A DNA stretch of 62,623 bases, the filler included, from Basidiobolus meristosporus CBS 931.73 (taxonomy: Eukaryota; Fungi; Basidiobolomycota), in the NCBI GenBank assembly GCA_002104905.1. It is 2 parts of 2 records of this genome, joined end to end, with 100 filler letters (N's around TTAATTAATTAA, not from the genome) between each part and the next. Parts side by side here need not be neighbours in the genome. Positions count along the whole stretch, not along the records: positions 1 to 30,711 come from MCFE01000845.1; 1 more part is not named here. The stretch is one strand, 5' to 3'. The translations under genes and the position numbers were made by a program. Under the pieces are notes generated by a model. The model saw only the letters and a program-made list of their open reading frames with translations, was not told where the DNA came from and did not search any database. This document shows positions 1-13,570 of the stretch, one piece after another (positions within the stretch are counted from its first letter, which is position 1; every line of letters starts with the position of its first letter).

Positions 1-431
1 ACTTAGCCTATTTACTCCATTAGAAAATTTAGTACCCTAACTGATTTCCCCTAGCCCAAACCTAACTATTCTTAGTTGTTGTGTATTTCATTGCTCCTCA
101 GAATATATTTTTAGCTGTCACACCTAATCAAATTTCATGTGGTCATTATGTCCTCAACTGATATGCTAAGCCTTTCCAAGCAATTAGTCATTTGAAATCT
201 ATCCAACCACTTAGGAGTTGCCAAGACATCAGCTGATTAATGAGGCAATTTCTCACTTTCCCTATGCACCTATGAGCACCCCAGCAGATTTCAATTAGGC
301 TGGTGTCCTGGCACTTACCAATTCAACTTGATCACAAAAATATAAATAAAGTTTACTGAACCTTTTGGTTTAGTATTTGTTTGACAAAATTAGGATTGTG
401 CCTTGACAAAATTAAGAATTCAACAATTCCA

Positions 432-672
432 TTCTAGTTGCTGCCCAAGTCTAGCATATCTAGCACTCCCAAGTGCACCAAGCCTAGCTTGCATAGCAAA
501 CAAACTCTGTTGTCTTTATAGCAAAACTCAGCTATATACAAGACTAAAATTTAAGCAGAACCTGGCTGCCAATATTTCTGTCACTCTTGATAATTCCAGG
601 ATACTGCACTTAGTTGTCACTTAGGATCAGTTAACTCATTCAAGAGTTTTATTGCACTTTTCTCTTGGATAC
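432..672 (+). mobile_element. Degenerate internal copy of the 5' region of the telomeric non-LTR retroelement
   Basis: Aligns by eye to the reverse complement of ~60455-60697 (shared ...CTGCACTTAGTTGTCACTT.G..TCAGTTAACTCATTCAAGAGTTTTATT...). The common frame CQYF.HS(R)(Q)FQD.ALSCHLGSVNSFKSF is broken by C-to-T stops. Confidence 0.8.
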
Positions 673-674
673 AA

Positions 675-1330
675 CACTATTGCCTCTTTTTTACACTCCT
701 TACTTCCTGGCTCAACCATTTCTCTTACTTTTTGTGTATTTGTATTGATTTATTTCCATTGAAACTTCAGTTGTACCTCAATTGCCAACTATGTTGACCT
801 ATACAAGTCTGAATACTCTACACTAACATTAAGTCCAACTCCACATTCAACCAATAACTCCCTTGAATACACCACTCAATAAGTATTTCTACTGTAATGC
901 TTGTTTTCCATGGGTTTTGCAGAAGCCTAATAGCTTTATGCCACTGTTCATTCACTGGTTTCCACACATTCTGGTTATCAGCCAGCACCGCAAGGTCTAG
1001 CACCTGATCTGCCAGTCTTCGCAACAAATCCTTGCAATATTTAAGTGCATTTTCTTGGGCACTGCTAGTGCCAAAGTGCTGAATACCTCTTGGTGAGCCT
1101 ACTAATGTTCCAAACTACCACCACAATTATTGCTACAGTACTGATTTGAGCTTTTTAATTTTATATGGCTGTAAAATTAGCACACAAGTGTCACAATCCT
1201 CTCATAAAATTGTTAAGAGGGTCACTAATTCCAAGCTACTGGTATTATGACAGTATCTAAATGTGGTCCTGACAGCTGATCTGGATTGGATCCGCCCACA
1301 GGACCAAATTATTTTCCATATGGACAGTTC
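675..1330 (-). mobile_element. Decayed repeat fragment, homologous to segments of the CACTA-like debris at 9.2-10.2 kb and 11.0-11.2 kb
   Basis: ORF 818-1027 (LRRLADQVLD.AV.A.NQNVW.PVNEQWHKA) matches ORF 9779-10162. The motif GGATCC.CC...GGACCAAATTATTTT recurs at ~1290, ~9305 and ~11160. Confidence 0.6.
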
Positions 1331-1379
1331 CAAAGATCACTGAGAAGTGGTACCCAGATGATTCTCATGGCAGTATTGC

Positions 1380-2560
1380 AGGGGGATTCCTCTGCTCCGG
1401 CACCCCAGGAGGTCTGCACTCTTTTGATGTAATATTCAGAGGTGTTTCCAGATAAACTTGGAAGCTGTCCACCAGTCACAGATATGAGTCATGCCATTGG
1501 CACAAGAGATTGCCCCCCAGTGAGTAAGACACCTCACAGACTGAGTGCATCAGAGTTGGAAGAGATGAAGAGGCAAATAGATCAGTCACTGGTTCAAGGA
1601 TATATGGTGCCCAGTAAGTCCACTTGGAGAACACCTGTACTCTATGTGAAAAAGATGGATGGGACACTCAGGATGTGCATTGACTACAGAGCCCTCAACT
1701 CAGTTACTGTGAAGAATAAGTTCCCCATACCTCAGATTGATGCGCTTTTGGACCATCTCAATGGAGCCACTATATTCTGCAGGATTGACCTCATATCAGG
1801 ATACAACCAGATTATGATGCAACCAGAAGACATCCCTAAGACAGCAATCAGGACCAGATATGGACATTACCAATACTTAGTCATGGGTTTTAGCCATACC
1901 AATGCCATTGCAACATTCACAACCTTGATGCAAACAGTCTTGCAAGATTTCTTAGGCAGGTTTGTGGTACTCTACCTAGACAACATAATGATATATAGTA
2001 AGACAGAAGAGAAACACTAGGTGCTCATTGAAAAGCTCTTGAAGAAGCTAAAAGGGAACAAGCTGTGTGGCAAGGTAGCAAAGTGGCAGTTCTTGAAGAA
2101 ACATGTTGAATACCTGGGACACATAGTGACTAGCACAGGAGTGACCTTAGACACCAAGAAGGTTGAAGTCAACAAGAATCTGAAGCAGCCCTATAGCATA
2201 TCAGAACTCAGATCATTTCTTGGAATGGTTTCCTAATATTGGAGATTCATCAAGTCCTTTGCAAATTTTGCAGCCACTTTGATGATATTCTCAAGCATAC
2301 AACAACTTGAAGTGGGACATAGCTTGAAAGACTGCTTTCAGACACTCAAAAAAGTACTTACTTAGCTGCCAAGCATGAGAATCCCAGACTTCAGAAAAGA
2401 GATTACTCCATTCACAGATTCTTCAGACCATGCAATTGGTGGCGTACTGAGCCAAGAACATGAGGGAAAGGACTACCTAGTTATGTTTGAGTCCAAGAAA
2501 TTGAACTCAGCAGGAATATTCAACTGTTTGGTATTATTCAGCAGCCAAATATGTACTTGA
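1380..2560 (+). mobile_element. Ty3/Gypsy LTR-retrotransposon pol remnant (RT + RNase H), pseudogenised
   Basis: Motifs TPVLYVKKMDGTLRMCIDYRALN, KTAIRTRYGHYQYLVM, YLDN (from YLDD), VEYLGH, LRSFLGM and TDSSDHAIGGVLSQ; in-frame stops. Confidence 0.92.
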
Positions 2561-4007
2561 TAATTATGGACTAGTCTTGGTCACTGTTGGACGCAATAAC
2601 AGGCCCAACTTTACCACTTTCTTTCAGATCTGTGATCCTATCATAATTCACTTATAGTCAAGATCAAATTAGCACCTTTACCAAATATTGGGTGCTAACC
2701 TTGAAACTGTTACAGAATGGTCCTGAATATTGAGAAACTCCTCTTACTTTGTGTCATAGTTCCATAACTTCTATAAAAGTTTATAAACATGTAGCTCAGC
2801 TATCTTCATAGTTTCTTTATAAGCTCCTTAAATCCAAAGAACTTTTTAAGTTGCAACACTATATTGGCCCACTGGTACTGTATGACACAAGGTGTCCAAT
2901 CTTCAGCAGGAGATCATGGCAGAGTAATCCTCCAACTTCTTGTGCATTAGGCACTTGTGCAGCTTGGGTAGCTCAGCATATAGCAGCATGGTAAGTTTCC
3001 ACTATGAATTGGTACTTACATACCCTAGTAGGGGTTAATATTCCAAAACAACAGTTCCCATCTCTGAAGTGTACTTAGAGGTTGCAAAAAGGAGGTTTGT
3101 CAGTTCTACATGCTTTGCTTTGATTAGCATGGTAACTTGGAGATGTTTACAGCAGTTTCTCAGTGACCTGCTAGGTTTGAAGTCACCATGGACTGACTTT
3201 AATACAACTATAGACTCCCTGAACTGCAAAATGTCAATATCCACTGTTTAGCTGGGGAAATAAGTTTAGGAAAGAGATATATTGGCACTAGGCAACCAAG
3301 TGTCCATTGGCAATTTGGTATATGCTTCAGCCCACAGTACAGTTTGCCTAATCCTGCATTATCTCTAGATGTCTCAATCCCCCCAGATGGAAAAGTGTAG
3401 TCATCCAAGTACCTGAGCTTTAAGCTTGGCCAATTTGATTCATGCACTGGGCTAATTGGTGCTACTTGCTCTGGTCTAGATAGGGTATATGCCATGGTAT
3501 AGGTTTTACAAGGCAATGGGCAGCCTATAAGTCCTGTTGCAGAGTGTATTCACTACATGAAAACATTGTTTTGAATAGTGACTTCTGAGCAAGTATGTAC
3601 TGAAGTGAGTCATGATACTCTTGTGCTATGAGCTTTACTCCTTCACTTTGGCAGCTGCATATCCTTAAGCAGTGTATCATGGCCAGTGTCTCCATCTCAT
3701 GCACTGGGTGGCTTTATTTCAATGATTTCAATCACTTGAGAAGGTCACTCAAGGGGTCTGCACCACTAACAGGTGACTTGACTAGTCCCCAGCAGCTGTA
3801 CATCACTCTGTGAGAGGATAAAGCCTGGATAAGCCATGAGGATACTTGATATTTTTGATAAGTACAACTTTCATGCCATACAAAGTTACACTTGTGCTAG
3901 TTACTGTTGTCATTACAAAGTTGTCACCCAAATATGTGTTATGATCTGCCACTTATATGCTTAAGTTACATCAGTTTTAGTCAGATCAATCAGCTTCATG
4001 TTTAGCC

Positions 4008-5760
4008 TGTGGGCTATTACTGACTGTACTAGGTGAGTGGGAGAGCTTGTAGGTCAAGTAGTACCACTTGGTTCAGAATAGCTTCCAATAGAAGGTAGCA
4101 AGGTAATAAAGACTTGTGTTTATTTTGTCCTAAATCTCCTTGTTCTCTTACTTGGTTCAATTGGGTAGATATATATCACTTGGGGGCTTAGATAATAGAC
4201 AATGTGTTATAAAATAGGGGTGTGAACACCTTCCTGTTATGGTAAGTGTTCTAAATAGATAAGGGCAGGGATAGGAGGGAGGGCGCATGGGGGAATCATA
4301 GGGAGGACACTGGGGGACTTTGGGTAAGACTCTGGGGAGAACTCTTGGGCAAAGAGTGGGTACTGCATTTAGTACTCATATATCCCGGGGGTTAAGAGGG
4401 AGCTTTGTCCTCAAAGTTCTTTTGACTAGCTTGCTTCTCCAGGGTTGATTTTGTTCACAGAGCATGGGGAGTCACCATAGTACCATTGTTGGTTGTCACT
4501 TGCAAGGGGGTTGCAGGCAAATACCTGATACCATTTGGTGGCAGAGTGGGGTGTGGCTTGCATTGCTTGAGGGATATTTTCCACCAAGCCAAATAGTTGG
4601 CAAACCATAGGGTTCTGGGTAAGTTCCTTGGGAGGGTCAGAGAACAAGAAAAGGTGCAATAGCACAATAAAGTCTTGTTTCTTTATCTTGCAAACATTGT
4701 CAGGGCTTGTCCTTTTTGTGTTCAATATGACGGCAGGGGACCTTTTGAAGAGGGCGTACACTTGGTCAGCAGTCACCCATTGTTAGTAACAAGTTTTTGC
4801 TTCTTCCAAGACATATTGTAGTTCTTCTGTAGAAACTGTGGTGTGATCAAGGCGCTTTTGTACTTGCCTCATGGTTTCTACAGAGTCTGCAGCGGTTTCT
4901 TTGGCTTCTTGGAGCTGGACTTTGTACTGGCTCCTGAGTTGTCCTATGGTAAACCACTGTAATAGTTGTAACACAGCAACTTGGTGGATTGCATGGGTTA
5001 ACTGGCCGGTGTATTTAATCCATTTGCGTTTTTTCTCTAAGATGGTTCCTTCTTGGAAATGCGGTTTGAGATGTTTGCAAATTTCTTGGAGGAGTCCTTT
5101 GATTGGGAGCTCTACTTCTGGTGCTCTTGCTGCTTGTACAAGGTCTGCATATACCTCAACAACTGTGGTACCTATCAATGGCAAGTATGCAACAAAACAG
5201 GGGGGCTCTCAAGGTCTTGTGAGGGCGCAACAGTTGATACCTTGTGTCTTTGGTCTGACTGTGTCCAGTATGGATACGGGAATCAGTGTGGCATCCTTCT
5301 CCTTAATGATCAAGGAACCTCCTCTTAGGTGGTATACAGTCTTCTTGGGTAGTATCTCCATGCTTTGTAATGGTGTGGGTAACTTGTCTTGTCCCTCTCT
5401 GATTGTGTCTTGTTTCAACATGACTGCTCCGGCAAACAAATCTTCATAGGTGGCTCTTGTTGCATGTAATGCTTGTACCATATCTCTCAACACTTGCAGG
5501 TTGGTTTTGTTGTTGATATCATCTTGGTTCTTGCTGGTGGGAGGGGTATTGCCAGTTTCAGGGGAACTGTTTCCTTCAGCGCTTTCCATATGCATTCTTT
5601 TGTTCTCCCTTTTGGGCAAACATCCTTGTGCATATCATTTGTGCCTATATTGACTGAAATCTCCTCTAATAAACTTTGTATGTATCCTGTGTCTTCCTCT
5701 ATCCTTGTCCTGATAATTGTTTAATCACACTTTGGTTTCAGTGATGATTGGTGGATCATC
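4008..5760 (-). mobile_element. Degenerate LTR element with gag-like ORF directly followed by PPT and a ~220-bp 3' LTR (no pol seen)
   Basis: ORFs 5209-5619, 4783-5184 and 4426-4776 run on the minus strand. Purine tract AACAGGAAGG then TGTT..., a TATA-like GATATATATC, AATAAA, and a terminal ...CACA at 4008. The gag call rests on weak similarity only. Confidence 0.45.
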
Positions 5761-5789
5761 ATGAAACAGTTTCAGATGGGCTGGTGCTG

Positions 5790-6995
5790 CCTTGAGAGCC
5801 CCCCTGTTTTGCTGCACACTTGCCATTAATAGGTACCATGGTTGTTGAGGTATATACAGACCTGGTACAAGCCACAAGAGTACCAGAAGTAGAACTCCTA
5901 ATCAAAGGACTTGTCTGCAAAATTGGCAAATACCTCAAACTGCATTTGCACAAAGGAACCATCCTAGAGAAGATGCATGAGTAGATTAAATACACCAACC
6001 AGTTAAGCCTTGTAACCCACCAAGTTGCTGTGTTATAGCTATTACAGTGGTTCACCATAGAACAACTGAGGAACCAGTACAAAGTCAAGCTCCAAGAAGC
6101 CAAAGAAACTGCCACAGACTCTGTGGAAACCATGAGGTAAGTGCAAAAGTACATTGATTGCGCCATATTCTCTGCAGAAGAACTACAATATGTCTTGAAA
6201 GAAGCAAAAATCTGTTATTAACTACAGGTGACTGCCAACCAAGTGTACACCCTCTTCAAAAGGGCCTCCACCATCATATTGAACACAACAAGGGCAAGCC
6301 CCAGCAATATTTCCAGGATCAAGAAGCAAGACTTTATCACATTATTGCATCTCTTCTTGTTCTCCAACCCTCCTGAGGGACTTACCCTGAACCCTGTGGT
6401 TTGCCAATTGCTTGGCACTATGGAAAACTTCCCTTGAGCAACACAAGCTGCACCCCACTCTGTCACAGAATGGTATCAGGTACTTGCCTGTAACCCCCTT
6501 GCAAGTGACAACCAGCAATGGTACTATGGTGACTCCCCATGCTCTGCAAACAAAATCAACCATGGAGAAGCAAATTATTAAAGTACCTCAGGGACAAAGC
6601 TCCCTCTTAACCCCCAGGATATGTGTGTACTAAATGTAGTACCCACTCTTTGCCCAAAAGCTCTGCCCAGAGTCCTACCCAATGTCCCCAGTATCCTCCC
6701 TATGATTCCCCCATGCATCCTCCCTCCTATTCCTGCCCTTATCTAGTTAGAACACATACTATAATAGGAAGGTGCTCACACCCCTATTTTGTAATACATT
6801 GACCAATATTTAAGCCACTCCAAGTGATATATATATATCCAATTGAGCCAAGTGAGGAAACACAAAGATTTGCATGGAATAAACACAGGTCTTTATTACC
6901 TTGCTACCTTCTATTGAAAGCTATTCTGAGCCAGGTAGTACTGACTTGACCTACAAGCTCTCCTAATTGCCAAGTATAGTCAGTAATAACTCACA
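5790..6995 (+). mobile_element. Second, 5'-truncated copy of the 4008-5760 element in inverted orientation
   Basis: 5790-6995 is a diverged reverse complement of ~4008-5215, e.g. ORF 6228-6437 TANQVYTLFKRA versus 4426-4776 TADQVYALFKRS. Confidence 0.8.
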
Positions 6996-7599
6996 CAGTG
7001 CTCCTCTGCTTTTACATTGGGAAATGGCTCAATTACTGCTGTGACATTGAGCTATTTGAGTTCCTTTCTTGAAGCAAAGTTACTGCTTTTTCTAGCTGGG
7101 ATATGGATTGGTCTACATGTATTATCCACTTATCCTGTTTCTGGACTATTTCCTGATTTCTTTAGGTCATTTCAACTATTTATTAGTCACTGCACTTAAT
7201 TGTTTCATTAATGCTTTAGTATGAGCTGGCAACATGCTTGCTAATATGGGTGGTGGTGATTTTATGATGGCTACATGCTAGTCTTCAACTGAGGGTACTG
7301 CATTTGCTACATTCTCATTTGCCTGAGCATAATGGTCAGCTTGTGGCTCTGCAGAGGCTCTCAATTGCCTACTTGACTGAGAGCCTGAGGAGTCTGCATT
7401 TTTACCTTCAATGGTCACCCTGTTAACATGGCCTTTTTTAGATGTAGCCCCACTTGTTGCACTCAATGTCAAAGCAAGCTGTTGTCCAACTGTTGTTCTG
7501 CTGCTGTCAGTAGTGAGGTTTGGTTGGGAACCAGACAACTTTGCTTAATTTTTTGACAGCATATATATGGAAGTGAGTCTAATCAAAAGGGAAATAGTG

Positions 7600-10240
7600 C
7601 TATATGTACATTTGTATGTGGTGCCACAACTTCATTGGTAATGCTTACTATGGCAGGTCATCATTGATTCTTTTTTTCATGTTGGTGCATTGTCTCAAAT
7701 AAAAGACTGTCTTAAATTCACATGAGTATTGACCAAAAAGTGATATAATGGTGTTACATTGTTGAAGATCAAATTGTTTGCCCCATGGACAAGACTACTT
7801 TGATTCAGCACCATAAGAGAAAAGACCCTGTGGCTATTGTAGCAAGTCTCCCAGCCATGAAGCATGCCAACAGCATAGGAAGTATCCCAAGGATCATGGC
7901 CAGTGTTTTGCCACACAGGTCTTATTGTACCATTTGTTGGTCACCACTGTACCAATATTATCATGCCAGCCAGTTGCTACTTCTATATTAGCACCTGGCC
8001 ATCTTTGTAATCTTGTGCAAACCAAGTCAGGTGAGTCTATGATGCCTTTAGGCTCACCTCAGCCTTCTGAATATGGCATGCAGAGTGATAGCTCTGACAA
8101 AGAAGGTTCACAGCTGGATTGTGAGCCTATTGCACCTAACAACAGTATCATGTGTCAGCCTGGTCATATCCTAATATGCAATGAGACCACACCTATTGAA
8201 AAAAGTGCCAAGGATACTTTATGGAGCCATGTGAGTTCAGTAATTCATCTACTGGGGAATGATGTAATGTTGTAGCTAGAGAAGCCATGCATTTTCACTA
8301 ATACCAGTAATGAGGCTTTGAGGATCTATTACTACTTCTTGCCAAAATCATTCCAGGATGCCACTTACCATGTACATGGTACAAGTTGACAACCATCATG
8401 CAGCTGGCAATATTTGACCTGGAGACTGTCCAGATTTCAGCATGTGTTAACAGTTGCATGGCATTCACATGCAAAATGCTACCATTGCAACATGTCCAAA
8501 TTGTCAGGAATCCACTACCATTGATGGAAAACATGATTCACACTCAGGATATATCTGGGTAATACCCTGTCTGAGGAAGCTAATGCAGTCCAACAAATAT
8601 TGCAGTGCTATTAAGTACTGCACTCAGTATTAATCAAGCACAAACATATCCAATATTTTTGATGGCACACATTACAAGCAGCTAAGAAGCAAGGGCTACT
8701 CCAAAGGTATCTATGACAATGCCTTTGCTTTAGCACTTGATAGATTCTCATTAAGCAAGCACTCTACCAGCAAATCCTGCAGGCCACTGAATCTCATCAA
8801 TCTGAATCTACAGCCCATCTTGAGGTATCAGAGGAATAATCTGATGGTAGTCTCACTGGTATCTGGGCCTCAATCACTGTCCAACCTGGATAGCTACCTG
8901 TATCCATTGCTTGATGCATTCTGTATGCTTTCCAGCAGGATAACAGTAAATGGCCATTATATAAAAGCGCATATTATAATCTGCATTGGAGAGGCTCCAG
9001 CCATCAGCAAGATAGTATGATTTTCCAGGTACAATGGATGGTTTTTTGTCTGATGTGTGAGATCAATGGGACTTACTCCATAGCTCACACACATTATTAT
9101 TACCCAAACACAATACCATGCAACTATTGTCACAGCACCAATCAAATCTTGTCAAGTTTATATTTTTATTTGGCAGTAACTGGCAGTAAAATTAGCTAGA
9201 CACTATTGTGATCCCATCATAGGATTGTTATGAGGGTTGCTAATTTCAAGCCACTGGTATTACAATGGTCTCTAAACAGAATCCTGATGGCTGATTGGAA
9301 ATGGATCCACCTGTGGGACCAAATTATTTTTCATTGGGCTCAGTGTCAGCAAGGGACAAGCAGGCCCAAACAGATGTGTCAGAGCAGAATTTATCAAGGA
9401 GAAAATGTAGCTCATTACAAGAAGCACTCAGACAAATTAGCAGTTTAAGACCTGGCAGCATCAAAGGAAGAGGTAAAGGGAAAAAAGTCTACCAAAGCCT
9501 AAGACAAGGAAGCATGTAAAAAAAACTGCAGCTCTTGCCATTAATATGGTAAGTCCAGAACAGACAGAATCCCATCATAACCAAGAAGAATTGCCAACAA
9601 GAAAACAGCTGTTTTCACAAGAGTTATAAGCACATCCTGTTGAGTTACACTCCAGCAAGGTGAATGAGTTTGCAGAAAAAGGCAATTCATCTACCATAGA
9701 TTCCATGTTCTTCATTGTTGACAGAGTGGAGATCCCACCAATAAACAAGGCTTCAACGTCAAGAACTCAAAGACTATCATGAAGCCTTCAGTGGACTTTT
9801 GGAACATTAATAGGCACACCAAGAGGTTGCAGTACTTCTACAAGAGCAGTGCTGAAGAAAACACACTCAAATTTTGCAAGGATTTATTGCAAAGACTGGC
9901 AGATGAGGTGCTAGATCATGCAGTGCAGGCTGAAGACCAGAATGTGTGGGAACCAGTCAATGAACAGTGGCATAAAGCTGGTGGGCTCCTGCCAAAGTCA
10001 TGCAAACAGAGCATTACAGCAGAAGTGCTTATTGAGTGGTGGATTTTAATGGAGTTACTTGCTGAGTGTGGAGTTGGGCCTAGTGTTAGTGTACAGTATA
10101 GGGAGTTGTATAGGACAATACAGTTGGCAATTGAGGTTCAACTGAAGTATCAACTGAAATAAATTAATCTTGATGCATGACAAGTAAGAGAAATAGCTTA
10201 GTTAGGAAGTAAGGAGTGTGAAAAAGAGGCAATATACTTG
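7600..10240 (+). mobile_element. CACTA/EnSpm-like DNA transposon remnant (Transposase_21/Tnp2-like), rearranged
   Basis: RYQRNNLMVVSLVSGPQSLSNLDSYLYPLL...GEAPAISKI...CLMCEING...HYYYP resembles the Tnp2 core; many stops and frameshifts. Confidence 0.6.
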
Positions 10241-12200
10241 TTCCCATTGATGGTGCCACATTGAGCCATGAGTGCCAAATGATGCCATGGTGAGCCAGGG
10301 AGGCCAAGTGAGCCTATACTTGGCCACAGAATATAGGGAATAGCTCTGCATCCTTGTGTAAAGCAGCCCCTGTGTGAAATCTATTATGCAGGAGAAAGTC
10401 AATTTTTTGGCCTTTTTTTGTGGATCAATGTTGTGCAGGATGTCTAAGAGCACAGAAGAACTTAAGTCATGCATCTGGTACTCAATACCCATGGTACTCT
10501 GAATCTAGCTCCTGTGGCTTGTAAGATGTCACAAAAATGCATGGCACTATCTTGGTCTACTGGTATTATCTAGCACTATATGTGCTTTGTATAGGTCTTA
10601 CTTTAGGGCCAATATTTAAGTATTGCAGCTGGTATGCACATATATGTATATATATATTAGTAAGCAGGAGCTCTAGTTCTTTCTGATCAAAGTTTACATG
10701 GAATAACCTTATTTGAATGAATAAACAAATAAATTGGGGTGATTCTACTGTGGAATATATAAATAGTGCAAGGAAAGGTAGCAAAAGGAAATACCAGCTG
10801 TTGAACTGGTACAATAGCATTATACAGTACTAGCTGTTAGTGACTGTACTGTTGTTATAGTAATAGCAGATTTGGCACCAAAGCTGGCAAAATACCATCA
10901 TGCTTTTTCCATATATGGCATTTTCATATACTGGCCAGTTGGGTCATAACAACCAAGTGTAGGCCATGTAAGATTGTCTGAATGCCATCTAAAACCAATT
11001 GAACAACCACCCAAAAATTCTCAGTCTACTCATCAATATAGTGGTAAAGTTAGCAAAACTCTGTGGCAATCCTGTCATAAAATGCAAAGAGGGTCAATAA
11101 TTCCAAGCTGCTGTCATCATGATGGCCTTGTTGTGGGATTTTTACAATTGTTGTGGAGTGGATCCACCCATGGGACAAAAATATTTGTTGTGGATAAAGC
11201 TTGCTATCTAGTTGATGGCTGGGGCACCTACAAAGCAGACAATGATACAAACTCTGACATAACAATCATTTATTGGTACTCTCCTGGACAGCATACAAAA
11301 TTCATACAGCAATGGATGCAGGTAGCTGCACATATTTGATAGTGAATATGGCACAGATATTAGTGAGACAACAATCCAATTTCTGCTCTGCTGCTGTAAG
11401 ATTGGCAGCATATTGAGGCTAATGAGAATCAGTGGTCAGCAGGATTGTCTGGTTGATAATATGGGAGTGAGAATCCATCAAGTGCCAAGGCAAAGGCATA
11501 GTGATACATTCATTCAAAGAAGACCTTGCTTCTTAGTTGTTTGTGATATTTGCTCTCAGATATACCGGATATGTTTGTGCCTTATTGATACTGTATGCAG
11601 TACTTTATAGCTCAACAATATGTGTCAGACTCCATGAGCTTCTTAAGACAGGGCATCACTTGAATATATCCTTAGTGTACACAATCTTTTACTCTTGTGG
11701 TGGTGGAATCCTGACAAGTTTAACACCTTGCAACAGTGACATATTATGATGTGAATGCCATGCAACTGTTAATACATAATGGTAGCAGTATGGTCTCTGG
11801 GTCCTATATTGCCAGCAGCATGTAAGTTCTCCATTTGTACCAAGTACATAGTAAGTTGCATCCTGTAGTGAATTTTGCAAGAAGTAGCAGTAAGTTTTCA
11901 GAGCCTTTGATACTGATATTGGTCAAGATATGTTACTACTCTAGCCTTAACATTGCATCATTTGACTGTAAATAGATTATTGAACTCATTTTGCTCTATA
12001 AAGCATCCTCAGCAATTTTTCTATGGATGTTGTCTCAATTTATTTTGGTGTTTTGCTGAGCTCATGCTGAGTACTGTTGTGATGGAAAGTAGGAACACAT
12101 TATATCAGTGAGCTATCTTTTTTGGTGCTATAACTCTGCAATGTGGTAGGAACAGCATACCTTCTACAGTCAAGCATGTTCATATAGTTATTATGATGCA
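10240..12200 (-). mobile_element. Second CACTA-like remnant
   Basis: ORF 11208-11411 (NWIVVSLISVPYSLSNMCSYLHPLL...GAPAIN) is homologous to 8820-9020; 11700-12150 mirrors 8100-8520. Confidence 0.6.
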
Positions 12201-13254
12201 CAATAGTATTTTATCTTATCATTATTAACCCACTTTTTTTGCCCATATCATTGGGATTATCCCCACTTGATGCTTACCATTATTAGTTATTAGCATCTGT
12301 TATGCCAAATATTCTTCAGCTTTGTGATCACCAGATGTATCCACATTAGGCATATACCTGCATCAGTACCTGTGGCACATGACACAAGTCTGTATGACCA
12401 TCCTTGCCACTTCAACACCATATATGGTATCTTATTGTTACACAGGCTTCAGACTATTTATCCCTGATTATTTGGGTATACTGTGCCTTTAGAACCCTTC
12501 AGGACCTTCTTTGTGTATTTTTGGTCTATGGTGATGTCATCAAGAGCTCCACTGATGTCTGGACTCTGCTAGAACCTTGACATAAGTATTCACTTTGCAA
12601 TCAAGAGAAGTATTCAGCAGAAGCCAATCCCTCAGCAATAAATCATCCCTTCTATCAGTACTACTTTCTACTTGTTGATTACTTGTTGCTCACTGCACCT
12701 AGCTTCAGTAGTTCTACCTCAGATCTGCAATCAAGGAGCTCTTCAAGGCAGTGCACAAGACATAGAGATGCCTTTGGAGACACTTGGAGCACCTAGGAAG
12801 CTAGAGAAGCATGTATATTCACCATGGTGATAAAGCGGTAGAGACACCACAGTTTAGACTCAGTGGTTATTGGACCCATCTGATACCTCACATACCTTGA
12901 GGTGAATAGCTTCTCCCTGGAGTACTTGCACACTACTACAGCATGCCATATTCAGGATACTGAGGCAAGCCAAAAGGTATCACAAGCTCATCAGACTCAG
13001 TTTGTGCAAGGCAACTACACAGCAAGGTGAGTACAGTAGTACCAAGTGGCTGGAAAGATAATAGTCTTGTTCTATTGTACCATGCCAGGGTGTGTAGTGC
13101 AATCTGCAGTTGCAACAAAAAATTGGCCCAATGATGTAGCTACCAGTGGGCAGATTCACTCTTGAGCATTCTTGCACCATATGGGACAGTCTTGCATACT
13201 ATGGCACAATCTGGCACTATAAGGCTGGCACAGCTTGTTATGATCCATCACTTG

Positions 13255-13570
13255 AATGATTAAGTTAGATCAGCTTTTTGTCAAATCAATTAGTCTTATG
13301 TTTAGCTTATCAGTATATCAGTCCTATCTATCAAATCTGTAGTATTAGTCAGCAGATCCTTATCAGACAGAAATAGATATATCAAGTAGGATCTGATTGG
13401 GTGATGATGATGTAATCAAATGAGTCATCAGCTGAAATCTATATTGGGAAATACAATTAGTCATCAATTGATCTGGTAAAATGTATATAAGAAGCTGCCA
13501 GAACCTCAATAAAAATCAGTTGAAGTTTAGTGAATACAATAATAGCTAAACTCCCCATTCCTCTACAACA
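13255..13570 (+). mobile_element. Probable solo LTR (related fragments at ~3945-4007 and ~14835-15000)
   Basis: Shared TTAAGTTA.ATCAG.TTTT.GTC..ATCAAT.AG motif; contains GTATATAAG and AATAAA and ends ...CAACA. Confidence 0.4.

Noticed and set aside
2560-3940. Possible gag/protease relic on the minus strand
   Set aside because: CpG-depleted like a TE, but no diagnostic motif found.
12250-13230. Possible Gypsy RNase H/integrase relic on the minus strand
   Set aside because: Too decayed; no motif could be read with confidence.
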